From positions 1 to 47,431 of the forward strand of contig CAMDBK010000003.1 in assembly GCA_945889235.1 (NCBI GenBank): DNA of 47,431 nucleotides, given 5' to 3'. The DNA comes from Chitinophaga pinensis (lineage in GTDB: Bacteria; Bacteroidota; Bacteroidia; SXHM01). Both the position numbers and the translations under genes were made by a program. Each line of letters begins with the position of its first letter. Positions within the stretch are counted from its first letter, which is position 1. Below are positions 9,760 through 19,105 of the stretch, piece after piece. Below the pieces are notes generated by a model. The model ran no database searches. It was not told the origin of the DNA and worked only from the letters and a program-made list of their open reading frames with translations.

Positions 9760-10641
9760 ATGCCCTATAATACTTTGTTTAGCAAGATATGCCTAGTAAC
9801 AGGAGCTAATTCAGGAATAGGTTTTAACACAGCTTTAACCATGGCAAAACAAAATTGTAAGGTGCTGGTATTGTGCAGAGATAAAGCGAAAGCTCAATAT
9901 GCTCGCAATAGAATAATAGAACTTAGTGGTAATAAAAGTATTATATGTTATTGGTCTGATCTTTCAGACAGAAATGAAATTAATAATATATCAAATCAAA
10001 TTAAATGTGATTTTAATAAAATAGATGTTATTATCCATAATGCTGCATGTGTTTCATCAAAATTCGAACTTACAAAACAGAGCATAGAACTTCAGTTTGC
10101 CGTCAATCATTTAGCACCTTTTTTGCTAACCCATCAACTGTTACCATTGCTTGAAAAAAGTAAAAACGCAAGAATTATTTCGGTAACTTCAAGGGCTCAT
10201 GGCAGAGGAACAATGCACTTTGATGATTTATTTCTGCAAAAAAATTATTCTATTTCTGCCGCTTATAACCAATCAAAATTGGCAAACCTGTTATTTACCT
10301 ACCATCTTGCAAAAAAATTAAAGGGCACAACAATTACAGTAAACGCCTTTCATCCAGGTTTGGTAAACTCGGATATAGGTAGTAAAAATGTTTCTCTTTT
10401 TCACGATTTGGTTTGGCGGATAATCAGGTTACTTGGAGCCTCTCCCGAAAAAGCTGCTGAAGATGCAGTTTTTCTTGCCCTTTCGGATGATATTTCACAG
10501 ATTACAGGTGGATACTTTCACAAAAAACAACAAATACATTCATCAAAAGATAGTTATAATAAAGAGTGGGCTGAACGGCTTTGGAAAATAAGCCTGGAAC
10601 TATGCGGAATTAAAGACGAATTGTATGGTAAAATATCCTGA
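9760..10641 (+). CDS. Classical short-chain dehydrogenase/reductase (retinol dehydrogenase-like subgroup)
   Basis: TGANSGIG, IHNAA, FAVNHLAPFLLT, VTSRAH, YNQSK catalytic YxxxK, HPGLVNSDI. Confidence 0.92.
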   Translation: MPYNTLFSKICLVTGANSGIGFNTALTMAKQNCKVLVLCRDKAKAQYARNRIIELSGNKSIICYWSDLSDRNEINNISNQIKCDFNKIDVIIHNAACVSSKFELTKQSIELQFAVNHLAPFLLTHQLLPLLEKSKNARIISVTSRAHGRGTMHFDDLFLQKNYSISAAYNQSKLANLLFTYHLAKKLKGTTITVNAFHPGLVNSDIGSKNVSLFHDLVWRIIRLLGASPEKAAEDAVFLALSDDISQITGGYFHKKQQIHSSKDSYNKEWAERLWKISLELCGIKDELYGKIS

Positions 10642-12013
10642 GAAAATAATTTCTTCTTACGGACTTTTAACAGCAAAGTCGTATTTATGTCAGCCTTCTT
10701 CTTACAAAGAAATAATTGAATGTATAAATTTTGCAAAAGCCAACGGATTAAAAATAAATCCGACAGGCAGCAGGTTAAGTTTCAGCGATGTTTGTTTGCT
10801 GAATGGACAAATTTCTATTGACTTAACCGGCTTAAATAAAACACTTCGCTTTGATAAAGAAAAAGCTCAAATAATTGTTCACTCAGGTGTGCTGACTTCG
10901 CAGATACTTACAACGATTATGCCAGAAGGTTTTACATTAATTGGTTTAACAGGTTCATTAGGAAATACTGTTGGTGGTGATATTGCAAACGATGTGAATG
11001 GAAAAGATTCATGGAAAAATGGGCATTTTGGTGAAAACGTAATTTCTCTGAAAATGATTACTGCCGATGGACAAATCAATGAATATAATCGTATTCATCA
11101 TACGGATGTAATGAATGCAGTTATTGGAGGAATGGGCTTAATCGGGATAATTATAGAGGTTACACTGAAACTGACTCCTATTAAATCATTTATGATAGAA
11201 ACTAATAGCATAAGAGTAGATAATATTGATGAGTTAGTGAATACCATGAATAGTTTACAGCAAAATGATTATGATTTTGCTTACTGCTGGACTGACCCAT
11301 GGGCTCCTGAAAAAAATTTTGGAAGAGGCTTTTGCGAAACAGCTAGATTTATTGATAATAAAGATGCTTATTCGTCAGAAAATTTTCTAAAAGGTTTTAA
11401 CGAAAAAAAAAAGATTGGTCCATTATCTCCCGAATTATTCTGGACACTATTCCGGAAAATTGATTTCCCTTTTTTCTATCAATGGGCAGGCTACCTGAAA
11501 TATTTTCTGCCCAAGTTACATCAACTTAAAACTGTTCCTTTTCCAGAATATCAATACCCTATGCTGAAATATTTTCCTAAATGGAACTTGAAGTATTATC
11601 CTCATGGCTTTAGAGAAATGCAAATTTTTTTACATGTTGAAAAATTTGCCATAGGCTATAGAAGCATATTATCTTTTTGTCGTGCCAATAACTTCACGCC
11701 TTATATCTGTGCGATACGAAAACATAAAAAGCAAACACCTTTTTTATCCTTTTCGGGCGATGGTTTTTCAATGACTCTAAACTATGGATTGAATGACCAT
11801 TCTGCAAAAGAAACAGAGGCATTTGAAAATAAAATCATTGAGAAAATCATTGAATTTGACGGCAAATTATACTTGGGGAAGTTTCCATTTTTGAACAAGT
11901 CAGCAATGAATAAAATGTATCCTGAGTTGGATAAATTTCTATCATTTAAACAGAAAATAGATTCTGAAAGTTTGTTCTGGTCAGATGCAGCGGAAAGGAT
12001 GTTAACTGATTAG
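10625..12013 (+). CDS. FAD-linked oxidoreductase, VAO/DprE1-like
   Basis: PTGSRLSFSD, TVGGDIANDVNGKD..GHFGENV (cf. DprE1 TVGGAIACDIHGKNHH..GSFGNHV), GGMGLIGII, C-terminal GKLYLGK; 17-bp overlap with the SDR. Confidence 0.8.
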   Translation: MVKYPEKIISSYGLLTAKSYLCQPSSYKEIIECINFAKANGLKINPTGSRLSFSDVCLLNGQISIDLTGLNKTLRFDKEKAQIIVHSGVLTSQILTTIMPEGFTLIGLTGSLGNTVGGDIANDVNGKDSWKNGHFGENVISLKMITADGQINEYNRIHHTDVMNAVIGGMGLIGIIIEVTLKLTPIKSFMIETNSIRVDNIDELVNTMNSLQQNDYDFAYCWTDPWAPEKNFGRGFCETARFIDNKDAYSSENFLKGFNEKKKIGPLSPELFWTLFRKIDFPFFYQWAGYLKYFLPKLHQLKTVPFPEYQYPMLKYFPKWNLKYYPHGFREMQIFLHVEKFAIGYRSILSFCRANNFTPYICAIRKHKKQTPFLSFSGDGFSMTLNYGLNDHSAKETEAFENKIIEKIIEFDGKLYLGKFPFLNKSAMNKMYPELDKFLSFKQKIDSESLFWSDAAERMLTD

Positions 12014-12016
12014 AGG

Positions 12017-12024
12017 TATCTTTG
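12017..12024 (+). promoter_or_regulatory. Bacteroidota -7 element TATCTTTG upstream of the radical SAM gene
   Basis: Exact TAnnTTTG in the 49-nt gap. Confidence 0.55.
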
Positions 12025-12062
12025 TTGATATTTGCAATAACTGATTTTACATACTAAAGAAT

Positions 12063-13475
12063 TTGATTAAAGGCTTATTGATAGACCTTCCTACAAGCCC
12101 GAAGGGAACTATATCGTTGTCATTATTTAATGTCGCTTCCTGCATTTCCGATGTTTGTGAAGTCACGTATCTTGATTTAAATTTTGAGAATGATTCAAAG
12201 ACACTGAAGATATCTGATTTTTCTTCTTTCGGTTTTGCGGGCTTAAAAGTTTCGTCACAAAATTTTCAGATTGCGCAGGAACTTACCCGTAAACTTAAGT
12301 CAAAACATAAACTAAAAATTGTTTGGGGTGGTGAGCTTCCAACCTTATTGCCAGAAGAATGCCTGAAATATGCAGACACTATTATTAATGGCTTGTTTGA
12401 ACCGGTTGCAGAACAATTCTCTCACGACCTTGCCAATAATTCACTAAAACAACATTACAAAGGAGATAACCTTCCTGTTTCAAATCTGAAACCACCTTTC
12501 TTGAGTTTAATTACTGACTTTGAGCGATACAATACCTTTATGGGATTGCCTCTGGAAACATCGCGTGGATGCCCTGAGAATTGCACGTTTTGTATGGTGC
12601 TGACTATGCAGCGGAAAAATTATTACCTGAAAAATATAGAACAATTGTCTAAAGAAATTGATTCTTATCATAACAGATTTATCAACATTATTGACTACAA
12701 CTTTGGTGTAGATTCTGAGCATGTAATCCGGGTTTCAAGTGTTATTGAAAAATCGACCGCATTGGGCTGGATGGCGGAAATGAATATTGAATTGCTTGAC
12801 AATGACGCAATGCTTCAGGCAATGGCAAATAGTCGTTGTAAAATGATTTATTGCGGACTTGAATCAATAGATGAAAAAGCGCTTGAGTCGGTGAATAAAG
12901 CAAGAGTAAATGTTGTAGAGAACTACAGGCGGATAATAAAAAAAGCGCAGTCATACGGCATTAATGTAGCTGCCGGCCTTATCCTCGGCTTAGAAGGCAT
13001 GAATGAAGACCTGACCAAACGAACTTTTCAATTTTATTCCGAAGTTGGTATCATCTACACCAAGCTTACTTTTTTAACATTTAATCCGGGAACACGGGTA
13101 AAAGATTTTATGTCAAAGAAAGGTGTTTTTGTAACCGAAGAAATTGAAAAATATGATGGGATTCACCTGACTTACTTAGCTCCTGGGATGAATGAAAAAG
13201 AAATTTATTCAGTTGGTAGATGGTATATCTTAAATTTTTATTCAATAAAAAATATTGTATCGAGATCATTGAAGACACCTATCTCATTGAAGAAAAAAAT
13301 AGAATTTATTTTATTCAACATTTGTTATAGGGCTGCTTACTTAGACTGGCTGAAATATGATATTTTTGAAAAGGAAGAAAATTTTACAAGAATGTTAACC
13401 TCTCACTATTCTAAGCCAATAAAGTTGAAGCTGGCAGAAAAAATGTTGAATTATATCAGAAAGTCTTACCTGTAA
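12063..13475 (+). CDS. Radical SAM enzyme with N-terminal cobalamin-binding-type domain (class B / HpnP-BchE-like architecture)
   Basis: ETSRGCPENCTFC (CxxxCxxC), KIVWGGELPTLLPEE, GCKMIYCGLES-like segment, AGLILGLEG, TFNPGT; TTG start. Confidence 0.85.
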   Translation: MIKGLLIDLPTSPKGTISLSLFNVASCISDVCEVTYLDLNFENDSKTLKISDFSSFGFAGLKVSSQNFQIAQELTRKLKSKHKLKIVWGGELPTLLPEECLKYADTIINGLFEPVAEQFSHDLANNSLKQHYKGDNLPVSNLKPPFLSLITDFERYNTFMGLPLETSRGCPENCTFCMVLTMQRKNYYLKNIEQLSKEIDSYHNRFINIIDYNFGVDSEHVIRVSSVIEKSTALGWMAEMNIELLDNDAMLQAMANSRCKMIYCGLESIDEKALESVNKARVNVVENYRRIIKKAQSYGINVAAGLILGLEGMNEDLTKRTFQFYSEVGIIYTKLTFLTFNPGTRVKDFMSKKGVFVTEEIEKYDGIHLTYLAPGMNEKEIYSVGRWYILNFYSIKNIVSRSLKTPISLKKKIEFILFNICYRAAYLDWLKYDIFEKEENFTRMLTSHYSKPIKLKLAEKMLNYIRKSYL

Positions 13476-13483
13476 TTTAAGGG

Positions 13484-14299
13484 TTAAGATATTTTATTAA
13501 TCACTTGCAACCACTTGTATTTCCACTTTCCAATTTTTGAGTCGTTCATTTTAACGGATGCTACTTTTTTCAAAATTTCAGGTCCTTTCTGAATATCTTC
13601 ATTGAGAAAAAAGTCAGGGCTGCTTTCATACATTTCCACATTTCCGTTATTGCCGCAGTAATAATACATCTGTGCTTTTTCTGAAATAATACCGAATACA
13701 GAGGCCAAACGTAAATCCTTTGTTTGATTGGGCTCAGAAGCATGGAACAGGCGGTGGTCATAAATCAATGCTTCTCCTGCTTTCATATAAAGTGGTTTCA
13801 TGGCATTCCAGATTTCTTCGTGCACATTCTCAAATGTATCGGGCAGGTTTGGTCCACGGAATGTTTTTATCCACCTATGACTTTTAGGCATCACTTTTAT
13901 CACCCCGTTTTCTTTGGTTAAATCAACCAAAGGAATCCAGATATTAAATGAGCGATGCTTTTCTTCATCCACTATATTCCAGTCCTGGTGCGGGTGTAAG
14001 CGTTCTTTCTGTGTATTTGATTTTACAACAAATGAGCCACCAAGTGGACTGCATTCATGAAAATAATCATCAACACTTCGCTGAAAAACACTCTTAATTC
14101 GTTCGTTCATTTTTTTACGAAACGAAATATCCTGAACGTGAGCAGTTGCATAAAACCCGTTGATTCCATCAGGATGATTTTCGTAAAAAAAATCTGTAAG
14201 ATTTTTGATTTCCGTTTCGTTCAGAAACGAAACAACAATATAGCCTTCTTTCAGCAAAAGCTTATCAAGAGCCGGGTTACTAAGAATTTTTTCAGCCAT
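13484..14299 (-). CDS. PhyH-family Fe(II)/2OG dioxygenase, copy 3
   Basis: PHQDW, NIWIPLVDLTKENG, PKSH, GEALIYDHRLFHAS, DLRLA. Confidence 0.9.
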   Translation of the reverse strand: MAEKILSNPALDKLLLKEGYIVVSFLNETEIKNLTDFFYENHPDGINGFYATAHVQDISFRKKMNERIKSVFQRSVDDYFHECSPLGGSFVVKSNTQKERLHPHQDWNIVDEEKHRSFNIWIPLVDLTKENGVIKVMPKSHRWIKTFRGPNLPDTFENVHEEIWNAMKPLYMKAGEALIYDHRLFHASEPNQTKDLRLASVFGIISEKAQMYYYCGNNGNVEMYESSPDFFLNEDIQKGPEILKKVASVKMNDSKIGKWKYKWLQVINKIS

Positions 14300-14300
14300 T

Positions 14301-15257
14301 TCAGTTGCTGAAAATAGAAGTTAATTTTTTCAAAAAAGATTTTTCTTTTCCTTTTGCAACAAGTATTTCAGGTGGAGCAGCAAACGGATTGGTTTTCATT
14401 TTATAACCGGCTGATGTTTTCATTTCCCGTATTTTTTCATACAACTCTTTACCTTTAAATTGTGGTAGTGTGTAAGGAATAAAACCAATGCTTTTCCCGT
14501 TTTTAGGACGAAGTGCAATGTCTTCTGCAAAATTTTCAAAGCGGATTAAAAAGTCATCATCTTCTTCAAAAACTTCGAGCTCATTTTTTACTAACGCTGA
14601 ATCTTTATAATGAAAATACATCTGCGCGCCTTTTGATTTTATTCCCGCGGTAATTGCTTTTCTTACAGTGCTTCCAAGATTAGGCAATGAATAGTGAATA
14701 ACGCTTTGATTTAAAATTACTGCTGTTCCCGCCTTTACAATCATGGGTTCCAGTTCATTGATAATCATTTTTTCTTCACCTGAAAAAAAGAAGGGTAGGG
14801 TAGGGGCGCGCACTACATTCAGGTTTTTAAAATGACTACCTGGGAGAATCATTAAAGGACCATTTTCAAGCGTTATGTCGCAAAGCGGAACCCAGCAATT
14901 AAGTGCAACGAATTTTTGCTCGTCAACAATTGTCCAGTCCTGGTGGGCAGCAAGCTCGCTGTTTGCACCGGGAACTTTGAAAAGAAACGCACCGCCAAAA
15001 GGAGTATAATCAACAAATAATTCCTGATAGCTCCGGCTGAATTTTTTTACAATCTCATCACTGGCTTTCTTTTTATAGTTGAGATCAGAAGAATAACTAC
15101 CTGAAAAAAAACCTGCGGAATTTGTTTCAGGATGAAGCTGGTCAAAGATTTTATTCAACTCTTCCAACTCACATGGATTTAGAAAAGGCAGCACAATAAA
15201 TCCCTGCTTGTCAAACAGGCTTTGATGTTCATCGCTTTTAAAAATCCGAACTGACAT
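14301..15257 (-). CDS. PhyH-family Fe(II)/2OG dioxygenase, copy 4
   Basis: AHQDW, NCWVPLCDITLENGPLMILPGSH, GTAVILNQSVIHYS, TVRKA. Confidence 0.9.
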   Translation of the reverse strand: MSVRIFKSDEHQSLFDKQGFIVLPFLNPCELEELNKIFDQLHPETNSAGFFSGSYSSDLNYKKKASDEIVKKFSRSYQELFVDYTPFGGAFLFKVPGANSELAAHQDWTIVDEQKFVALNCWVPLCDITLENGPLMILPGSHFKNLNVVRAPTLPFFFSGEEKMIINELEPMIVKAGTAVILNQSVIHYSLPNLGSTVRKAITAGIKSKGAQMYFHYKDSALVKNELEVFEEDDDFLIRFENFAEDIALRPKNGKSIGFIPYTLPQFKGKELYEKIREMKTSAGYKMKTNPFAAPPEILVAKGKEKSFLKKLTSIFSN

Positions 15258-16204
15258 TAGTTAATCAATTCCATTACACGTTTGAAAATGCTCTTTCGCT
15301 CAACTGTATTTTCAACAGGTTGCTTTGGAACAGCATTCAAAATCAATTCGCGGGCGTTTGTTTTCGTAAAATGTTTTTCAAGAAAATCGGTATCAATTTT
15401 TGGAAAATTGTATTCAACAAGACCTAATGAAGTGCCCACTTTCGGGCGGTCATGAATATTCTCACCGAATTGCTGAAAATTGGTCATAAAGCTATCATCC
15501 TGTGCAAATGCTTCTACATATCCCGGTTGGGTTTTATCAAAATAATAAGTGCGGTATTCGGTATTTTTATGTGTAAAATAAGTATTGGTAACAATTCTGA
15601 TTTTGTCAGAATAGTTTGGAGGAGAAAAATGAATAATGCTTTGGTCAAAAAATACAGCTTCACCGGCTTTCAATAAAACGGGTTGCAGGTAGTCAATCAT
15701 TTGCTCGCTTACATTTTGAAAAAATTCAGGAATGGAAGAACCTCTGTAAGTAGGAAAAACACGATGACTTCCGGGCAAAACAAATAATGCACCATTCTCA
15801 ATAGTCAAATCAACAAGCGGCACCCAGATATTAATTCCTGTAAAACGTGATTCATCTACCAGCGACATATCCTGGTGAACACACATGCCGCTTTCAGGTC
15901 CGGGACTTTTAACAATAAAACTTCCGCAAACTACTTTAATATTTTCGCAATACTTTTCAATGCCAGGCTCACACATTCTGCGGATTTCAGCATCTGCTAC
16001 CGTGCGGTAATTTTTATCTCCTGAAAATGTGCTGGGGAAAAAGCCTTTTTCATTTATTGGATGCAATCTGTAATACAGCGCCTCAAGTTCCTTTATTTCC
16101 TTTTCATTGTAAAAAGGTAAAATAACAAACCCGTTCTTTTCAAACTCATCCTGATGTTTTACGTCACAAAACAACTTAAGCATTTTATCAGGGAATTTGA
16201 ACAT
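15257..16204 (-). CDS. PhyH-family Fe(II)/2OG dioxygenase, copy 5
   Basis: VHQDM, NIWVPLVDLTIENGALFVLPGSH, GEAVFFDQSIIHFS, KIRIV; TAATG coupling on both sides. Confidence 0.9.
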   Translation of the reverse strand: MFKFPDKMLKLFCDVKHQDEFEKNGFVILPFYNEKEIKELEALYYRLHPINEKGFFPSTFSGDKNYRTVADAEIRRMCEPGIEKYCENIKVVCGSFIVKSPGPESGMCVHQDMSLVDESRFTGINIWVPLVDLTIENGALFVLPGSHRVFPTYRGSSIPEFFQNVSEQMIDYLQPVLLKAGEAVFFDQSIIHFSPPNYSDKIRIVTNTYFTHKNTEYRTYYFDKTQPGYVEAFAQDDSFMTNFQQFGENIHDRPKVGTSLGLVEYNFPKIDTDFLEKHFTKTNARELILNAVPKQPVENTVERKSIFKRVMELIN

Positions 16205-18120
16205 TATGATTGTGCTCCTACAAGCCTGCTTTTAATTTCTTTTACAATATTAAGCGGAGTATATTTTTTAAAAAAACTTCTGCTGTCTGGCCATTTTTCA
16301 ACAGGTTTTTGCTCTGTTGATATTATTTCCTGTTTCGGTTCTTCCACCTTTTTTTCCTGTGTAATGTTGCCAAAAAGTTTTGCTAATTTTTCAGTCATAG
16401 GAACATTGAAAACATTTCCTGCAGACTTAATAATATCAATCAATTCCTCACTTGAATATGTTGTATATTGATAAGGAACTTCAATTGGTTCACCATAACC
16501 TTCAATCAATTTTTTTTCATCAAACATTTTTGCAAGCGTAGCATTTTCATACTTTAAGAAAAAATCTTCATCTACGTTATAGCGTAGCATGGTTTTATAA
16601 GTGCCATCAGGCTTCATAAAATAATGTACTAGCTGTGCATCATTTTGTGTAACTCCAACACCTGCTGCAAGCCTTATTGCTGGGGTTGTATTAGGCGGTG
16701 AGGCATGAATAGTGCGGTTATCAAACATTAATACCTCGCCAGCTTTCATATCAATTGTATGCAGATATGGAAAAATACTGAACATATGTTCGCTCAGCGG
16801 AACCGGTGCTTGAGGTGATGGTGACGGGCGGTGGTTTTGCATAAATTTGTGGCTACCACGAATTACACCCATTTGTCCGTTGTCCAAATTTGTGTCTACC
16901 AAGGTAATCCAACAGGTTATGGACGAGTATCCATCCTCCTCTCTGTCAACAAAACTCCAGTCTTGATGTGCAGGAACAACCCCTTTAGGATTGGTTTCTT
17001 TTACTACAAAACTAGCTACAAAAGGTTTAAAATTTTTAAGATGTTCGCTCAGTTTTGGAAGAGCTGTATCCCAAATTTTCTCTCTTATCTGTCTGCACAG
17101 ATTCTTGTCTGCATTGTCCATACTTACATGAAAGCCCAATCCTTTCTCATCTCTAAGGTTTAATGATTCATAATACAATTTTAAATCATTCACTTCAGTT
17201 TCATTCAACAAAGGAAATACGGCAAAGCCTTCACGCTCAAAATATTTTTGCTTTTGCTCGTCAATAAATAGGGGAATCATTTTATACATGGCATTTTGCT
17301 TACGTGCAAAGTAAGAATTTTTTATCTTACGATATTCTTCAGTGTTTATCAGGTACTCATTATAGTTGAATTCTGCAACTTTTTTTCCTGTTGAAGGTGG
17401 TTGACCAATTTGTGTATTGTAGCGCTGAAAAAAATCAATTTCTACTTCATATTTCTCAACCAGATTAAGTTCATTTTTATGGTAAAAATACATTTGAGCT
17501 GAAGATGGAATTAACCCATAAGTTACTACCAGCCTTTGATTTGAACTTTTGTTTTGCGGGGAAGCATGTAGTAAAGCCTGACTGAAAATTAATGCGTCAC
17601 CTGCTTTCATCGCAATACTTTCTAAATCTTTTCTAACTTCAGTTTGAACATCCAGAAAAGGGTTTACCAATGAAGGTGAACGTAGTGCATCACTATACCT
17701 ATGACTGCCTTCCACAACCTGCATTGCTCCATTTTTTTCATTTACATCACAAAGTGGCACCCAAATGGTGAGTGAATCAAATTCAGGCTCATTAACAACT
17801 GTCCAATCTTGATGAATCGGCATTTCACCTTGCGGACCGGGAGATTTATTAAGAAAACAACTTCCTAATTTTTTTACTGCCTCAAACGTGCTTTTTATTT
17901 TTTCATCAAAGATTTTGTCAACACCTGCAATCAGTTTTTCTTTCACAACTGTATCGTTGCTGAAGCTGGTTGAGTAAAATCCTTCAGGTGTTTCTTTTAT
18001 TTCATTGCTGTAAAGTTCACTAAGGGCAAGTGTTTCAGAAGGCGATAAAAAGGGTATTACAACAAATCCTTTTAATTCAAATTGTTGTTGCCGGTTATCG
18101 TCTTTAAAAATTCTTGCCAT
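16204..18120 (-). CDS. Tandem two-domain PhyH-family dioxygenase, copy 6 (domains 6a and 6b)
   Basis: Two complete motif sets: IHQDW/VEGSH/LLHAS/NQRL and AHQDW/IRGSH/TIHAS/AIRL. Confidence 0.9.
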   Translation of the reverse strand: MARIFKDDNRQQQFELKGFVVIPFLSPSETLALSELYSNEIKETPEGFYSTSFSNDTVVKEKLIAGVDKIFDEKIKSTFEAVKKLGSCFLNKSPGPQGEMPIHQDWTVVNEPEFDSLTIWVPLCDVNEKNGAMQVVEGSHRYSDALRSPSLVNPFLDVQTEVRKDLESIAMKAGDALIFSQALLHASPQNKSSNQRLVVTYGLIPSSAQMYFYHKNELNLVEKYEVEIDFFQRYNTQIGQPPSTGKKVAEFNYNEYLINTEEYRKIKNSYFARKQNAMYKMIPLFIDEQKQKYFEREGFAVFPLLNETEVNDLKLYYESLNLRDEKGLGFHVSMDNADKNLCRQIREKIWDTALPKLSEHLKNFKPFVASFVVKETNPKGVVPAHQDWSFVDREEDGYSSITCWITLVDTNLDNGQMGVIRGSHKFMQNHRPSPSPQAPVPLSEHMFSIFPYLHTIDMKAGEVLMFDNRTIHASPPNTTPAIRLAAGVGVTQNDAQLVHYFMKPDGTYKTMLRYNVDEDFFLKYENATLAKMFDEKKLIEGYGEPIEVPYQYTTYSSEELIDIIKSAGNVFNVPMTEKLAKLFGNITQEKKVEEPKQEIISTEQKPVEKWPDSRSFFKKYTPLNIVKEIKSRLVGAQS

Positions 18121-18128
18121 ATTTTGAA

Positions 18129-19049
18129 TTATGAAAATACCTCTTTGAGTTTTGACATAAGGCCGTGTTTTGTTTTTTCTTCATCAAACCCCGGTGCATT
18201 TATGCGCTGCATAAATTCTTTTTCATCAATAAAATGATGGGTGTAAGGAATGCTTCTCAAAATTTTAACTCCCGTTGGTTTTTTCCAGGGATTGAACTGC
18301 ATGTAAAAATCAACATCTACCTCGAGTACATTTACCTTTTCGCTGCTAACCGATGGATCCATATGATAATGCAATGATGAAAACTCAGAAGGAATGCAAA
18401 TTAGTTGAATAGCAAGGCGCAAATCATTTGTTTTGTTTACAGCCGAATAGTGAACTATGCTGTCATCCAGTATCACACAATCTCCTGCTTTTGTTTCCAA
18501 AGGCACAAGGTGATTTTCAATTATTTCTTTTTTTATGTTATCCAACTCCCATGGAATCATTGGTCCGCGTAACTCACCAAAACGCTTATGGCTGCCGGGA
18601 ACTACCTGCAATGTTCCGTTCTCAACTGTGGAGTCAACCAACGGGCACCAGATGGAAACCGTTGAGCATTTGCGTTCATCTGCAAAAGCCCAGTTCTGAT
18701 GCAGAGGGACTTCACCGGTTTCATTTTTTTTACGGATATAATTGGCAATTATAGGGCGATAGTTGTCCAGCAATTTATCCATTGACGGTTTAAATTCTTT
18801 GGTGATGATATCAAAAACCCGTTGCTTATATTCAGGGTTTTTGTCAATGAAGGTAAAATCATAAGTAATTGCTCTTCCTTCTGCGATGCCTGTTTCTCCG
18901 GAGGTAATTTGCCCCCCGCTTTCAATAATGGAATCAAAAAATTTATCTTTTAGATTTTGAACTTCCTCTTTTGAAATAAAAGGAACTGAAACGTATCCGT
19001 TTTTCCTGAATTCAGATTCAAGTTTTATATCTGTAAAAACTTTTCTCAT
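18129..19049 (-). CDS. PhyH-family dioxygenase, copy 7, with HQN in place of HQD
   Basis: LHQNW (AAC at 18695-18693), SIWCPLVDSTVENGTLQVVPGSH, GDCVILDDSIVHYS, DLRLA. Confidence 0.88.
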   Translation of the reverse strand: MRKVFTDIKLESEFRKNGYVSVPFISKEEVQNLKDKFFDSIIESGGQITSGETGIAEGRAITYDFTFIDKNPEYKQRVFDIITKEFKPSMDKLLDNYRPIIANYIRKKNETGEVPLHQNWAFADERKCSTVSIWCPLVDSTVENGTLQVVPGSHKRFGELRGPMIPWELDNIKKEIIENHLVPLETKAGDCVILDDSIVHYSAVNKTNDLRLAIQLICIPSEFSSLHYHMDPSVSSEKVNVLEVDVDFYMQFNPWKKPTGVKILRSIPYTHHFIDEKEFMQRINAPGFDEEKTKHGLMSKLKEVFS

Positions 19050-19105
19050 GGTATTTGTTTATGCAAAGAAAGGGTTTAAAAATAGAAGATCAAAAATGAT
19101 TTTCA

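Noticed and set aside
254-11412. A9-A10 runs in the GT2 gene (254-262, 418-426) and the DprE1-like gene (11403-11412) as phase-variation tracts
   Set aside because: Lys-codon runs are common in such AT-rich genes, and there is no independent evidence of switching.
12014-12062. Cobalamin riboswitch upstream of the B12-type radical SAM gene
   Set aside because: The gap is only 49 nt, too short, and has no B12-box-like sequence.
18693-18701. PhyH copy 7 as a 2OG-dependent halogenase
   Set aside because: Known halogenases have Ala/Gly at this position to make room for halide; Asn is not that signature.
13570-18937. Small alternate-frame and antisense ORFs within the PhyH run (e.g. 16154..16471, 16831..17163, 18428..18754)
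   Set aside because: They overlap well-supported genes and have no motifs or start context.
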